Assembly: GCA_037147375.1 (NCBI GenBank)
Contig: JBAWVI010000049.1
Location: 1 to 7,126 of the forward strand
Direction: 5' to 3'
From: an archaeon
GTDB taxonomy: Archaea; Iainarchaeota; Iainarchaeia; Iainarchaeales; CSSED10-239
Length of the DNA: 7,126 nucleotides
Shown here: positions 6,215 to 7,126 of the stretch, piece by piece
Position numbering within the stretch: position 1 is the first letter of the stretch
How the letters are laid out: every line of letters starts with the position of its first letter
The notes under the pieces: model-generated
The model's database searches: none
Told to the model about the DNA's origin: nothing
The model's input: only the letters and a program-made list of their open reading frames with translations
Made by a program: the position numbers and the translations under genes

Positions 6215-7126
6215 ATGACGCAAAATGAAATTAAAACTTTAGAAGATATAGATAAGAAATCTATTTCTTCAATTATAGTTGTAATCTTAATTGTATTAAT
6301 TGCAGTTATTTTAATAGGTATGATTCTTACTTGGTCTAAAGATACTGTAAAAACTAAATTAGATGATGCTACAGAGAATATGAAAGTGTTATCTGAACTA
6401 GAATGTAGTAATGCTAAGTATGAAGTTGAGTTTTGTAATATTAACACAGTAACTAAGAATATAGATTTTTTAATAACAAATAATTCAGGGGTTGACTTTT
6501 CTTATTTTACTTTATCTGTGTTTGGTAAGAATATTTCTGGAGATTCTATGGTAGTTACAGGTTTATTTAATACAAATATTAGTAGTGGTTCTTCTAAGTT
6601 ATTGTCTACAAATTCAGATTACTATAGTGTTGTTAAACAAGATTCAAATTTATCTTTATTAGATTTAGATCAAGAATATACTTTCAATTTAGTAAGTGCA
6701 ACTTGTCCAAATTCAGTTGTTGATTTATCTTGTACTTCTGCAGCAGAATATACTTCATCACCAATTTTTTCAATACCTGATGGTAATTATTATTTATCTC
6801 AAAACGTAATTATATCCACAGATTCTGATGCAGTTATTTATTATACACTTGATGGAACTAATCCAACTACAAGTAGTTTAGTTTATTCAAGTGCAATTAA
6901 CCTTCTTGAAGATACAACTACAACAATTAAAGCAATTGCAGTTAAGCCAGGATATTTAGAAAGTACAGTATCCACAGGAACATATATTATTACACATACA
7001 CTAACAACTCTAGGTGCATCTCCAGCTGCAGGTTCTTATTATTCTATTCAAAATGTGACTTTATCAGGAGAAGCTGGTTCAACCATTTATTACACAATAG
7101 ATGGATCAACACCAACTACAGGAAGT
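6215..7126 (+). CDS. Archaeal type IV pilin-like protein (class III signal peptide / Pilin_N-like N-terminus) fused to repeated Fn3_assoc / CHB_HEX_C-like surface domains; 3' end truncated by the window
   Basis: This ORF is absent from the supplied track because it has no stop codon in the window. An in-frame TAA at 6209-6211 precedes ATG 6215, and 304 codons then stay open to the last base. The N-terminus is MTQNEIKTLEDIDKKS-ISSIIVVILIVLIAVILIGMILTW: a charged leader ending KK-S, then a ~20-residue hydrophobic helix resembling the archaeal pilin N-terminal consensus ([21 protein letters not shown]). Downstream, YYTLDGTNPTTSS...IKAIAVKPGY..S and again YYTIDGSTPTTGS match the signature I recall for Fn3_assoc/CHB_HEX_C domains. 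Confidence 0.7.
   Translation, partial: MTQNEIKTLEDIDKKSISSIIVVILIVLIAVILIGMILTWSKDTVKTKLDDATENMKVLSELECSNAKYEVEFCNINTVTKNIDFLITNNSGVDFSYFTLSVFGKNISGDSMVVTGLFNTNISSGSSKLLSTNSDYYSVVKQDSNLSLLDLDQEYTFNLVSATCPNSVVDLSCTSAAEYTSSPIFSIPDGNYYLSQNVIISTDSDAVIYYTLDGTNPTTSSLVYSSAINLLEDTTTTIKAIAVKPGYLESTVSTGTYIITHTLTTLGASPAAGSYYSIQNVTLSGEAGSTIYYTIDGSTPTTGS
6741..7126 (+). other. At least two tandem Fn3_assoc / chitobiase-C-like domains within the pilin-like ORF
   Basis: Domain 1 spans about 6741-6990 (SSPIFSIPDGNYYLSQNVIISTDSDAVIYYTLDGTNPTTSSLVYSSAINLLEDTTTTIKAIAVKPGYLESTVSTGTYII). Domain 2 starts about 6991 (ASPAAGSYYSIQNVTLSGEAGSTIYYTIDGSTPTTGS...) and runs off the window. Confidence 0.6.

Noticed and set aside
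6142-6447. 101-aa minus-strand ORF listed in the track over the start of the pilin-like gene
   Set aside because: The + strand frame from 6215 stays open for 304 codons to the window end and carries recognisable pilin-N and Fn3_assoc-like signatures. The minus-strand ORF is the shadow of that gene.
1-7126. Search for CRISPR arrays, tRNA/rRNA genes, IS elements or integrase/transposase genes, and defence-system signatures
   Set aside because: All repeats found are in-frame coding repeats or the 14-nt start duplication. I see no repeat-spacer periodicity, no cloverleaf-like GC-rich segments, no terminal inverted repeats flanking a transposase-like ORF, and no nuclease or helicase motifs.

Overview
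The window is strongly AT-rich and holds five tightly spaced genes, all on the + strand. I read it as an archaeal-type type IV filament (pilus/archaellum-related, Tad/Epd-like) assembly locus. Gene order: (1) a 1209-aa ORF (53-3682) whose C-terminal ~470 aa are clearly homologous to FlaI/PilB/GspE-type secretion ATPases. Its Walker A, Asp-box and His-box motifs are eroded, and the core is preceded by a ~730-aa repeat-rich, low-complexity extension with no hydrophobic segment. (2, 3) Two adjacent polytopic membrane proteins (3707-4552, 4574-5722), each with one FlaJ/TadB/TadC-like (T2SSF) platform domain. The second carries an extra Cys-containing C-terminal tail. (4) A small DUF192-like protein (5802-6152) with a TTG start and a good GGTG Shine-Dalgarno. 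(5) A 3'-truncated ORF missing from the supplied track (6215->7126). It has an archaeal type IV pilin-like N-terminus (class III signal peptide / Pilin_N-like helix) followed by repeated Fn3_assoc / CHB_HEX_C-like surface domains. The most unusual element is the giant predicted pseudo-ATPase in the motor position of the locus. I see no rRNA, tRNA, CRISPR array or mobile element, and neither a prepilin peptidase nor a canonical active ATPase is in the window. All minus-strand ORFs in the track look like AT-rich shadow ORFs. The taxonomic guess (small-genome, DPANN-like archaeon) is inference only.
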